Notes: generated by a model not told the origin, from the sequence alone. A stretch of 64,000 nucleotides of DNA from an uncultured Gammaproteobacteria bacterium (GCA_964588165.1 CAZPMS010000006.1:3425-67424); one strand, 5' to 3'; counted from the first letter of the stretch, positions 44,310-51,759 are shown. Numbers and translations: made by a program.

Positions 44310-45599
44310 CTACGGTTTTAATCTGGTAATCATTCTAGGAAATGGAATTGTTTCCCTAACATGTTTAGTACCGCAGATCCAGCCAACCAGCCTTTCTAAG
44401 CCAACGCCGAATCCGGAATGAGGCACACTACCGTATTTTCTTAAATCCAAATACCATTGGAAATCTTTTATAGGCAATTTGTGTTCTTTAACTCTTTTGA
44501 GTAAAGTGTCATAATCATCCTCACGTTGACTGCCGCCGATAATTTCACCAAAACCTTCTGGGGCTATCATATCATCACAAAGTGCCAACTTGCCGGACTT
44601 ATCGCGCTTCATATAAAAAGCTTTAATGGCTGCCGGCCACTTATCTACAAACACCGGCACATCTGAATCTTTGGTTAATAAAGTCTCATCATCGCCGCCT
44701 AAATCCTCGTTATCTTTAATATCTGATCCAAGTTTTTGAAGTTTTTTTACAGCCTCTTTGTGTGTCATTCTTACAAATGGAGCTTTGATTTTTTTAAGCT
44801 TAGCAGTATCCCGTTCTAAAATCTCTAATTCCTTTTTATTTTCTGAAAGTACCTTTTTAACAATATATGAGACTAACTCTTCCTGGATCTTCATATTTTC
44901 TTCATGTTCAACAAAGGCTGCTTCTGCGTCCATCATCCAAAATTCTGTAAGATGCCTGCGGGTTTTGGATTTCTCGGCTCTAAACACTGGGCCAAAGTCA
45001 AAAACCTTGCCTAACGAAAATATGGCCGCTTCTATATATAACTGTCCTGATTGCGAAAGGTAAGCTTTGCCTAGGTCAAAATAATCCAGTTCAAATAAAG
45101 TTGTGGTGCCCTCACAGGCGTTGGGAGTTAAAATCGGCGAATCAATCTTAATATAGCCCTGGTTATTTAAAAATTCGTAAATTGAGTTTATGATGGTGTT
45201 CCTAACTTTTTGGATGGCCCACTGTTTGTTTGAACGTAGCCATAAATGACGATTATCCAATAAAAAATCCGGTCCATGCTCTTTTTTGGAAATCGGATAT
45301 TCTTCAGCCACCTGGACTAATTCAATATCGCTGACTTGGAGTTCATATTCTTCCTTTTTTGGATGTTTACTTATTTTTCCAGATAATATAGCTGACGATT
45401 CTTGAGTGATTTTCTCAACTTCCTTCCATACCTTGCCAGATACTTCCTTTTTATTAACAATGGCCTGAATAAAACCAGAACCGTCTCTAACCTGTAAAAA
45501 ATAAAGGCTTCCGGAAGATCGGAAGTTATAAATCCAGCCCTGAATTTTTGCTTCTTTACCCTCAAATTCAGAAGCTTTCGTAATTGTAATTTTTTCCAT
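44310..45599 (-). CDS. asnS: asparagine--tRNA ligase
   Basis: 429 aa. OB-fold N-terminus, FRAEKSKTRRHLTEFWMMDAE (motif 2), GFGVGLERL (motif 3). Confidence 0.92.
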   Translation of the reverse strand: MEKITITKASEFEGKEAKIQGWIYNFRSSGSLYFLQVRDGSGFIQAIVNKKEVSGKVWKEVEKITQESSAILSGKISKHPKKEEYELQVSDIELVQVAEEYPISKKEHGPDFLLDNRHLWLRSNKQWAIQKVRNTIINSIYEFLNNQGYIKIDSPILTPNACEGTTTLFELDYFDLGKAYLSQSGQLYIEAAIFSLGKVFDFGPVFRAEKSKTRRHLTEFWMMDAEAAFVEHEENMKIQEELVSYIVKKVLSENKKELEILERDTAKLKKIKAPFVRMTHKEAVKKLQKLGSDIKDNEDLGGDDETLLTKDSDVPVFVDKWPAAIKAFYMKRDKSGKLALCDDMIAPEGFGEIIGGSQREDDYDTLLKRVKEHKLPIKDFQWYLDLRKYGSVPHSGFGVGLERLVGWICGTKHVRETIPFPRMITRLKP

Positions 45600-45652
45600 A
45601 AGTTGTAGATATTATACTATTTTTTGACTATTTTGTGAAGTTAATGATTGTA

Positions 45653-45681
45653 TTGACTAAACTAAGTTAACGTGTAAAAAT
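45653..45681 (+). promoter_or_regulatory. candidate promoter of islet ORF 5
   Basis: TTGACT (45653-45658) with TGtAAAAAT about 15-17 nt downstream. A second TTGACT lies at 45624. Weaker than the other islet promoters. Confidence 0.4.
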
Positions 45682-45736
45682 ATCCCTATTGTACATTACA
45701 AAACATACATCGTTTAACTAGCTGGAGATTAGAACC

Positions 45737-46354
45737 ATGAAGAAAGTTTTTGGAGTCTTAGCCGTTCTTTTATGCTTTCTGCTGTTGGTAGCTACCTTTG
45801 CCTTCCCATTCTGGAACGATAATCGGTTGGCCGTCAAAGAGCGCAGCGAAGCCATTGTAGCTGCTCAGGAATTCACCGTTGAAGGCCAATTGCTGGCTAC
45901 CGTTCACTATTCACTGGAAGGTATTGAAACCAAGGGAGAATTTAACCAGACTTTCATTGAACTGGTAAACCAACAAATTCCCTCCTACAACGACGCCGGC
46001 CAACGGCTGATAACCTATTGCTATATAGCCGGCCAAGAATCGTCTTCACAGCAAGAAATCTTATTGGCCAAACAGAACCTTAAGCCTTGCCAGAATTCGA
46101 TTATGATATTTTTGGCAAATTCCGAAGGGAAAACAAATTGCTACTTGATTATTGATAATTATTGGTCGAGCAACATGCCTGCAATTATGGGAATGTTTAT
46201 GAAGCCGAATACTGGACCGCTAACAGAGACTTTTACAGCTTTGATGATTGGCGCAACAATAAAAATTCCTTCAACTGTTTTATTGACCGGTGGCTGGATT
46301 CCCAATAACCTGGTGTATTTCTCCGATGAACAAATCCCTTATTTAACCAGTTAA
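45737..46354 (+). CDS. hypothetical secreted/anchored protein (GC-rich islet ORF 5)
   Basis: 205 aa. N-terminal signal/anchor MKKVFGVLAVLLCFLLLVATFAF. SD GGAG. Higher G+C than the flanks. Confidence 0.55.
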   Translation: MKKVFGVLAVLLCFLLLVATFAFPFWNDNRLAVKERSEAIVAAQEFTVEGQLLATVHYSLEGIETKGEFNQTFIELVNQQIPSYNDAGQRLITYCYIAGQESSSQQEILLAKQNLKPCQNSIMIFLANSEGKTNCYLIIDNYWSSNMPAIMGMFMKPNTGPLTETFTALMIGATIKIPSTVLLTGGWIPNNLVYFSDEQIPYLTS

Positions 46355-46372
46355 TTATTTGACCACCTCTAT

Positions 46373-46410
46373 CCGCCAAGCTACTTATGCCTGGCGGTTT
46401 TTATTTTTTT
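46373..46410 (+). terminator. Rho-independent terminator of islet ORF 5
   Basis: CCGCCAAG...CCTGGCGG stem followed by TTTTTATTTTTTT. Confidence 0.7.
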
Positions 46411-46558
46411 ATAAAACTTTTAATTTCTTCTGAAGTTAATTCCCGCCAATTTCCAGGCGGTAAATCTTCCATTTTAATGCTACCAACTCTGATTCTTTTC
46501 AAACTGACCACTTCATAGCCTATATTTTCTACCATCCGCCTTATTTGCCTATTCCAGC
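46401..46558 (-). pseudogene. orphan 3'-terminal fragment of the rluB-type pseudouridine synthase gene
   Basis: An open frame without a start: GWNRQIRRMVENIGYEVVSLKRIRVGSIKMEDLPPGNWRELTSEEIKSFIKK*. A ~103-bp block (46456-46558) is near-identical to 47193-47295 inside the live gene. Confidence 0.85.
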
Positions 46559-46562
46559 CCTA

Positions 46563-46591
46563 TTGACAATATTTTTAATATATGATATTAT
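46563..46591 (+). promoter_or_regulatory. sigma70-type promoter of islet ORF 6
   Basis: TTGACA (46563-46568), N17, TATTAT (46586-46591). Starts 5 nt after the end of the duplicated rluB block. Confidence 0.65.
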
Positions 46592-46619
46592 TTATTATTC
46601 GATCTTTCTTTATTGACCA

Positions 46620-46640
46620 TTTAGTACTAATAGTACTAAA
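46620..46640. promoter_or_regulatory. 21-bp near-perfect palindrome in the islet-6 leader (operator-like)
   Basis: TTTAGTACTAATAGTACTAAA (two TAGTACTA palindromes) between the -10 and the SD. Confidence 0.45.
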
Positions 46641-46682
46641 CTTCAAAAGAGTGAAAAGTGCCAAACCACAGTGAGGGAAATT

Positions 46683-47096
46683 ATGAGGTATCCGAACTCT
46701 TTTCTGAAGAATGGTCCGCTTTATGTGGTCATTCTAGCTGCTCTCGTTTTCGTAACGGGGTTTGTTCAGTACAACAGCGACAGCCATCACTTCAGCATTC
46801 AGCACGAAACTTTCGTCGCAGGCGACAACCAGGCCTCATTGATCGGCTACACAGTTGCTGATCTGGAAAATTATGGGCAACGTTACCTTGAAGCCAAGTA
46901 TCCTGGGACATCCCAACTGCCACGCTTCGTAAACGTGGCATTAGGAATGATACCTGTACTACTTCTTCCACCAAACATTTTTTGGTCGCCAGCAATCATT
47001 CTTACATTTATGCTATGCGGAATCTGCGGAATATTGCTTACCGGAATAATTTCTAACCGCAATATGAATTGCCTCAAACCAACTTTATCACAATAA
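46683..47096 (+). CDS. hypothetical membrane protein (GC-rich islet ORF 6)
   Basis: 137 aa from the ATG at 46683, with SD GAGGGA (the track starts at GTG 46671). About 3 TM helices. Higher G+C. Confidence 0.5.
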   Translation: MRYPNSFLKNGPLYVVILAALVFVTGFVQYNSDSHHFSIQHETFVAGDNQASLIGYTVADLENYGQRYLEAKYPGTSQLPRFVNVALGMIPVLLLPPNIFWSPAIILTFMLCGICGILLTGIISNRNMNCLKPTLSQ

Positions 47097-47125
47097 ACAA
47101 TGAGAGGTACAAATTTTCTAAACGA

Positions 47126-47821
47126 TCATCCTCTGAAAGCCTCGGCAAATGCTGAGGCTTTTTCTTTTTCTGTAAGATTACGCCACTTACCGGGCGGTAA
47201 ATCTTCCATTTTAATGCTACCAACTCTGATTCTTTTCAAACTAAGCACCTCATAGCCTATATTTTCTACCATCCGCCTTATTTGCCTATTCCAGCCTTGG
47301 TGGACTACAATTCGTAATTTATTATCCGAAACTCTTAAAATCTTATCGGCCTTGGCAATTCCCTCCCTCAACTTGATGCCCTGTCTCAATTTTTTAATTG
47401 ACTGTTCATTAATTACTTGTTCAGTTTCTACTAAATATTCTTTTTCATGTTTGAACTTGGGATGCATTATTTTATTGGCAAAGTCGCCGTCATTAGTAAG
47501 GATAATCAAACCGGATGATTCTACATCTAACCTGCCAACCGGATAAATTCTTTCTTTAATATCAATCTTTTCTATAATATTATCTCTTTTTGTCTCATCA
47601 GTTGTGCAAATAACACCAACCGGTTTATGGTAAGCAATGTAAATTGATGACTGATGATTAATGATTAATTTTTTTCCGACCTTAACTTCATCAGTCTCAT
47701 CAACCTGGCTACCAAGTTCGGCTATCTCATCATTAATAAAAACCTTGTTTTGTTTTATTAGTTCATCAGCTTGCCTGCGTGAACAGTGTCCGCTTTCGGC
47801 TAAATATTTGTTTATTCTCAT
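47126..47821 (-). CDS. rluB: 23S/16S rRNA pseudouridine synthase, RsuA/RluB family
   Basis: S4 domain MRINKYLAESGHCSRRQADELI, catalytic VGRLDVESSGLIILTNDG. The C-terminal ~10 aa derive from islet sequence. Confidence 0.88.
   Translation of the reverse strand: MRINKYLAESGHCSRRQADELIKQNKVFINDEIAELGSQVDETDEVKVGKKLIINHQSSIYIAYHKPVGVICTTDETKRDNIIEKIDIKERIYPVGRLDVESSGLIILTNDGDFANKIMHPKFKHEKEYLVETEQVINEQSIKKLRQGIKLREGIAKADKILRVSDNKLRIVVHQGWNRQIRRMVENIGYEVLSLKRIRVGSIKMEDLPPGKWRNLTEKEKASAFAEAFRG
47139..47170 (+). terminator. terminator of islet ORF 6, embedded in the rluB 3' coding end
   Basis: GCCTCGGCA-AAT-GCTGAGGC followed by TTTTTCTTTTTC. Its reverse complement encodes the last residues (ASAFAEAFRG) of the live rluB gene. 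Confidence 0.7.
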
Positions 47822-47830
47822 ATTTAATGA

Positions 47831-47846
47831 TTGATGAATAATGATT
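47831..47846 (-). repeat. 16-nt upstream motif AATCATTATTCATCAA (copy 3, before rluB)
   Basis: Exact copy, 10 nt upstream of the ATG at 47821. Confidence 0.6.
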
Positions 47847-47854
47847 AATGAATT

Positions 47855-47936
47855 ATCTGTGAGTAATCCCTACCTTCCGGCAGGCAGGCGTGGGTCATCT
47901 GGTGGGTAATCAGTAAATATCTGTGACTTATCCGTG
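47855..47936 (+). repeat. phased heptamer array E (ATCTGTG, ATCTGGT, ATCAGTA, ATCTGTG, ATCCGTG) with a GC hairpin insert
   Basis: Heptamers start at 47855, 47897, 47909, 47919 and 47930. The hairpin CCTACCTTCCGGCAGGCAGG lies at ~47868-47887. The array abuts TTGACC at 47937. Confidence 0.65.
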
Positions 47937-47965
47937 TTGACCCTATTTTAACAGATTTAACTATA
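47937..47965 (+). promoter_or_regulatory. candidate promoter facing element F copy 2
   Basis: TTGACC (47937-47942), N17-19, ACTATA/TATATA. No plus-strand ORF follows. Confidence 0.4.
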
Positions 47966-47985
47966 TAAAACTAATTTTTTCACAT

Positions 47986-48077
47986 ATAACACGAATGCTC
48001 GCTATTCTTTTACAGATTACACACTAATCCGTGCGCTATTAGTGTTTTATCCGTAAGCAACAGTGTTATTAGTTATT
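47986..48077 (+). repeat. noncoding element F, copy 2 (possible sRNA or cis element)
   Basis: Homologous to 2404-2497 (see that feature). Lies between candidate promoter E and the islet-7 terminator. Confidence 0.55.
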
Positions 48078-48087
48078 TACGCATAAA

Positions 48088-48122
48088 TGAAAAAGCCACC
48101 CATTATAGAGATATGAGCGGCT
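48088..48122 (-). terminator. Rho-independent terminator of islet ORF 7
   Basis: Minus strand AGCCGC...GUGGCU stem followed by UUUUUC. Confidence 0.6.
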
Positions 48123-48150
48123 TATTATGTTCTTCTTTTGAGTTGACGTT

Positions 48151-48645
48151 TTACTTTTTCAGCTTCTTGCCGAAGCCTTCATTGTCAAGAAATGTGAGCG
48201 CTTCAATCCAGAGAATGGCCTTAGCCATTTCTTGTGCGACACACTTCACGTTTCGACCACCAGGACCGTAAGTGAATTTACTGACACCCAGCGGGTATTG
48301 AGTACTGAAAGAGGCAATAATACCCTCAGTCATTTTCTGTTTTCCGCTGGTCTCGATAATTTGAGTTACGATTGGCCACTTAAAGTCATCACGGGTATGG
48401 TTGGATACCACTGCCCCGACTACCATCCCAAGGTTCCAGTTGACATCGCGTAGATGATCAAGCCCTTTGCCCTCAGCAAGCCACTCGTTGACCACCGTTT
48501 TTACTATTGGCCAGCTCCATTGCCAGCAACCAACTCCCACCAGAAGCAAATCACGATTGTCATGTACTCGAATGCCAGCCTTAGAAAACTTTATAAAGTT
48601 TTCTTTTAAAGCCCTTTCCTCTCGATTCTTCTCTTTGAAAGTCAT
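48151..48645 (-). CDS. hypothetical protein (GC-rich islet ORF 7)
   Basis: 164 aa, preceded by AGGAGGAG 3 nt upstream... of the ATG. Higher G+C. No family recognised. Confidence 0.55.
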   Translation of the reverse strand: MTFKEKNREERALKENFIKFSKAGIRVHDNRDLLLVGVGCWQWSWPIVKTVVNEWLAEGKGLDHLRDVNWNLGMVVGAVVSNHTRDDFKWPIVTQIIETSGKQKMTEGIIASFSTQYPLGVSKFTYGPGGRNVKCVAQEMAKAILWIEALTFLDNEGFGKKLKK

Positions 48646-48703
48646 CTTCTCCTCCTAACAATAAGGGGATTATGCTGCGCCACCATTAGCACAGTCTGTT
48701 TAT

Positions 48704-48732
48704 AATGTAACATATTTTTATATTTATGTCAA
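48704..48732 (-). promoter_or_regulatory. sigma70-type promoter of islet ORF 7
   Basis: Minus strand TTGACA (48732-48727), N17, TACATT (48709-48704). Confidence 0.65.
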
Positions 48733-48747
48733 GTTTTACTGGATATC

Positions 48748-48776
48748 AAAAAACTCAATAAAATTGAGCCTTTTTT
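48748..48776. terminator. bidirectional hairpin terminator downstream of tRNA-Asn
   Basis: CTCAAT-AAA-ATTGAG flanked by A6 and T6 runs. Confidence 0.6.
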
Positions 48777-48777
48777 A

Positions 48778-48954
48778 TGGCTGCCGGGGCTGGATTTTCA
48801 CCCCGCCGTATTGGCTGTGGAGACAGGACTCGAACCTGTAACATTCGCATTAACAGTGCGACGTTCTACCATTGAACTACTCCACAACTAATGTAGATAG
48901 ACGAAAATACTGCCCGCCAAAGGCGGGTCCGCCCTTGGCGGAAACTACCCGGCA
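48778..48954 (-). pseudogene. outer (disrupted) tRNA-Asn-like gene enclosing the intact tRNA-Asn
   Basis: The 5' piece is TGCCGGG-TA-GTT[twin hairpin 48913-48942]CAGTA (48954->48908). The 3' piece is ...CCCGGCA-G-CCA (48809->48778). The acceptor halves TGCCGGG/CCCGGCA are perfectly complementary. The anticodon arm is missing. Confidence 0.7.
48812..48886 (-). tRNA. tRNA-Asn (anticodon GUU)
   Basis: 75 nt TGTGGAG-TA-GTTC-AATGGTA-GAAC-G-TCGCA-CTGTTAA-TGCGA-ATGTT-ACAGG-TTCGAGT-CCTGT-CTCCACA-G-CCA. A U1-A72 pair also occurs in E. coli tRNA-Asn. Confidence 0.9.
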
Positions 48955-48977
48955 AACTTGTTCGCCGAAGAGGCGAA

Positions 48978-49003
48978 ATAAAAAACCCGCCGAACTTGGC
49001 GGG
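48978..49003 (-). terminator. Rho-independent terminator downstream of the GerMN lipoprotein gene
   Basis: Minus strand CCCGCCAAGTTCGGCGGG followed by TTTTTTAT. Confidence 0.7.
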
Positions 49004-49156
49004 ATTATTACTTTTTACTAAATAACAACTCACCAAGTTCTAAACCGGTTATTATTGTTTAAATTGTTGTCTTTTCTTAACATATTAATAATTTATCAGA
49101 TTTAATCTATTTGTCAACTCTTCCTAGTTACTAATTACCAGTTACTAATTACCAAC

Positions 49157-50077
49157 TTATGGCTGCAAAGCAGACTGGCTATCCCCTTCTACCTGGATTT
49201 CCACCTCTTTAATTTCTAAATCAGTAACTTCATTTAAAGACATTAAAGTTTTGGCTATCTGGCTCCTGCGCATTTCCATTAAACAACTGCCTCCGCCTTC
49301 ATTTAAATCAGCATTAAAATTAACAATGGCCTTATTATCTTCATAACCAAATGACCTGATCCTGGTATTAATTGGGATAGCAGTTAATAAATTTTCCTGT
49401 TCCAGATCTTCCGGAACCGAAAGCTGAATTAACAACTTTATAATTTCCGGGATTAAACCTAAATCTTCACTAGGCCTTCTAATTGTGGCCGTTTTTACGG
49501 CTGTAGCCTCACAGTTAAAATTTTCTAAACTGGCACTATCAAAATAAAGTTTAACTGTAATATTTTGGCCTTTTTTAGTTGAATCAAACTTAGCAAACGA
49601 GAAGTCGCTTATAAACTTGGCAAATTCAGCTGAGCCCGGTTTGCTATTAGTAACTAAAATTATAAATTCTCCGGTTTCAATTATTGCACCTTCAAACCTG
49701 TTATTATCATTTGTAGTACCAAATAAACTTGTGGCCAAACTGGCAAAAACTTCTGTTTGGCTTTGGCTTTCTATATTATAATCTTTTAAGACTTCGTCTG
49801 CCGTTGTTTGATAAAAAATCTCTACCTTGGTAGTTTCTTCTAGATTTGAAAAACTGACTTTATCGTTAAAACCCTCTAAATTTCCAGTGGAAGTTTCTTC
49901 AACTAAATTATTATTCAAATACCTGGCAGTAAAAGAAAACTTTTCAAAAAGCTCACTTCGATAAATCTCGTAGCTAATTTCAGTCTCTTTTAACTGATCA
50001 TCTTCTTGTTTATTTAAAAAACAACCACTTATTATCAGTGGCACTATTAATAATAGCAATAAATAATATTTCTTCAT
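49157..50077 (-). CDS. lipoprotein with C-terminal GerMN-like domain
   Basis: Signal plus lipobox (LIISGC). The C-terminus GGGSCLMEMRRSQIAKTLMSLNEV..VEIQVEGDSQSALQP resembles GerMN domains. Confidence 0.6.
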   Translation of the reverse strand: MKKYYLLLLLIVPLIISGCFLNKQEDDQLKETEISYEIYRSELFEKFSFTARYLNNNLVEETSTGNLEGFNDKVSFSNLEETTKVEIFYQTTADEVLKDYNIESQSQTEVFASLATSLFGTTNDNNRFEGAIIETGEFIILVTNSKPGSAEFAKFISDFSFAKFDSTKKGQNITVKLYFDSASLENFNCEATAVKTATIRRPSEDLGLIPEIIKLLIQLSVPEDLEQENLLTAIPINTRIRSFGYEDNKAIVNFNADLNEGGGSCLMEMRRSQIAKTLMSLNEVTDLEIKEVEIQVEGDSQSALQP

Positions 50078-50079
50078 AT

Positions 50080-51591
50080 TTAGTGTTTAAAAGCTCTAAT
50101 TTTTGTAAAGACCATAGCCATTTTAAGTTCATCTGCTGCGGCAATTACTTCTTCATCTTTTATTGATCCTCCAGGCTGTACAATAGATTTTATCTCATTT
50201 TGGGCTAACTTGTCAATACTATCTCTAAATGGAAAAAATGCATCAGAAGCTACTGCACAGCCCTTAATATTTTCAGCTGCTTTTTTAATAGCCATATCCA
50301 CAGCGTCTACCCTGGACATTTGTCCGGCACCTATTCCTACTGTGGCTCCTCCTTTTACCAAAACAATAGCGTTGGACTTTACATGCTTAACAACTTTCCA
50401 GGCAAATAATAAATCTTTTAATTGATTTTCTGACGGTTTTTCTTTAGTAACGATTTTTAAATCTTTTTGACTAAGTTGATGGTTGTTATAATCCTGCTCT
50501 AAAATCCCACCAACCACTTTTTTATAATCTTTTTGATTCTTGATTATGGATAATGGGTTATTGATTTTCAAAATCCTAATATTCTTCTTTTGCTTTAAAA
50601 TATTGAGTGCCTCAGCTTCATAATCCGATGCTATAACAATTTCTGCAAAAACTTTGTTGATTTCTTCAGCAATCTCTTTGGTGCATTCTCTATTTAAAAT
50701 TATAATTCCGCCAAAAGCTGAAAGAGAATCAGCAGCATAAGCTTTTTTAAAAGCTTGGGTGATGTTATCAGCTACCGCACAACCGCAAGGGTTAGTATGT
50801 TTAATTACTGCGGCTGCCGGTTCATCAAACTCTCTGATTAGATTTAAAGCACCATCAGCATCTAAAATATTGTTATACGAAAGTTCTTTTCCATGAAGTA
50901 CCTCCGCATTAATAATGCCTTGCCCCTTGTTACCTGCCCCTTGTTCCTCAAAAAGAGCAGCTTTTTGATGTGGATTTTCACCATACCTTAAATTATATAG
51001 TTTTTTAAAGTTAAGTGACAAATTCTTTCCTCCTGAAAAATAATCGGCAATCATAGCATCATAATCAGCCGTATGACAAAATGCTTTATAAGCCAATTCC
51101 TTTCTTAAATCTTTCAGTCTTTCAATCTTTTTATCTTCAACTTCAGACAAAGCTTCCAAAATCATATTATAGTCCTCAACATCACTGACAACTGTAACGT
51201 CTTGATAATTTTTAGCTGCCGCTCTTAATAAAGTAACACCGCCAATATCAATATTTTCTATGCCTGGCTCTTTGTCAAATTGATATAAATTACAGACTAC
51301 TAAATCAATAATAGGTATCTTATTGTCTTCGGCCTGATTAAGATGATCTTCTTTTGATCTATCAGCCAGAATCCCGCCAAATATCTTGGGATGTAAAGTT
51401 TTAACCCGGCCATCCATAATTTCCGGAAAGCCGGTAATTTCTTCCACCTTTTTTAGATTTTTGATGCCTTCCCCCTTTAATAATTTATACGTACCGCCGG
51501 TAGAAATTATTTCATAATCCAAAGAAACCAAACTCTTGGCAAATTCAGCTAAACCTTCTTTATTGCAAACGCTGATTAAAGCTTTTTTCAT
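50080..51591 (-). CDS. purH: bifunctional AICAR transformylase / IMP cyclohydrolase
   Basis: 503 aa. MGS-like N-terminus (ALISVCNKEGL..), GRVKTLHP, and a C-terminal AICARFT domain ending FKH. Confidence 0.95.
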   Translation of the reverse strand: MKKALISVCNKEGLAEFAKSLVSLDYEIISTGGTYKLLKGEGIKNLKKVEEITGFPEIMDGRVKTLHPKIFGGILADRSKEDHLNQAEDNKIPIIDLVVCNLYQFDKEPGIENIDIGGVTLLRAAAKNYQDVTVVSDVEDYNMILEALSEVEDKKIERLKDLRKELAYKAFCHTADYDAMIADYFSGGKNLSLNFKKLYNLRYGENPHQKAALFEEQGAGNKGQGIINAEVLHGKELSYNNILDADGALNLIREFDEPAAAVIKHTNPCGCAVADNITQAFKKAYAADSLSAFGGIIILNRECTKEIAEEINKVFAEIVIASDYEAEALNILKQKKNIRILKINNPLSIIKNQKDYKKVVGGILEQDYNNHQLSQKDLKIVTKEKPSENQLKDLLFAWKVVKHVKSNAIVLVKGGATVGIGAGQMSRVDAVDMAIKKAAENIKGCAVASDAFFPFRDSIDKLAQNEIKSIVQPGGSIKDEEVIAAADELKMAMVFTKIRAFKH

Positions 51592-51593
51592 AT

Positions 51594-51622
51594 TTGACTG
51601 ATTTACTTATTTTTGATAATTT
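51594..51622 (+). promoter_or_regulatory. candidate promoter of the 30-codon mini-ORF
   Basis: TTGACT (51594-51599, overlapping the purH start region), N17, TAATTT. Confidence 0.45.
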
Positions 51623-51654
51623 TTAATTATACTGTTCTTTACTAGGAGTTTAAG

Positions 51655-51747
51655 ATGAGCGATGAAAAACCAGATACCGAACAAGATGAGCCCACCCCAG
51701 CAGAATTAAGTGGAATGGGACTAGCACATGATTTGTGCGGCAAATAA
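51655..51747 (+). CDS. 30-aa acidic peptide ORF (GC-rich mini-islet 8), coding status uncertain
   Basis: MSDEKPDTEQDEPTPAELSGMGLAHDLCGK. AGGAG lies 6 nt upstream and a hairpin terminator follows. The G+C is far above the surrounding spacer. Not in the ORF track. Confidence 0.3.
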   Translation: MSDEKPDTEQDEPTPAELSGMGLAHDLCGK

Positions 51748-51759
51748 CATCTACCCAGG

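Noticed and set aside
45371-45565. 64-aa minus-strand ORF
   Set aside because: It is an out-of-frame ORF inside asnS.
43507-45736. T-box or other riboswitch leaders upstream of aspS/asnS, and a purine riboswitch in the pur operon spacers
   Set aside because: I looked for a specifier/T-box 'AGGGUGGNACCGCG'-like core or purine-riboswitch conserved loops and found nothing similar. The spacers are occupied by MITE arms or islet promoters.
46658-47077. Alternative-frame and antisense ORFs inside islet 6 (46658-46861 +, 46792-46995 -, 46883-47077 -)
   Set aside because: The frame beginning at ATG 46683 has the SD, the TM-helix pattern and the longest span. The others lack start context.
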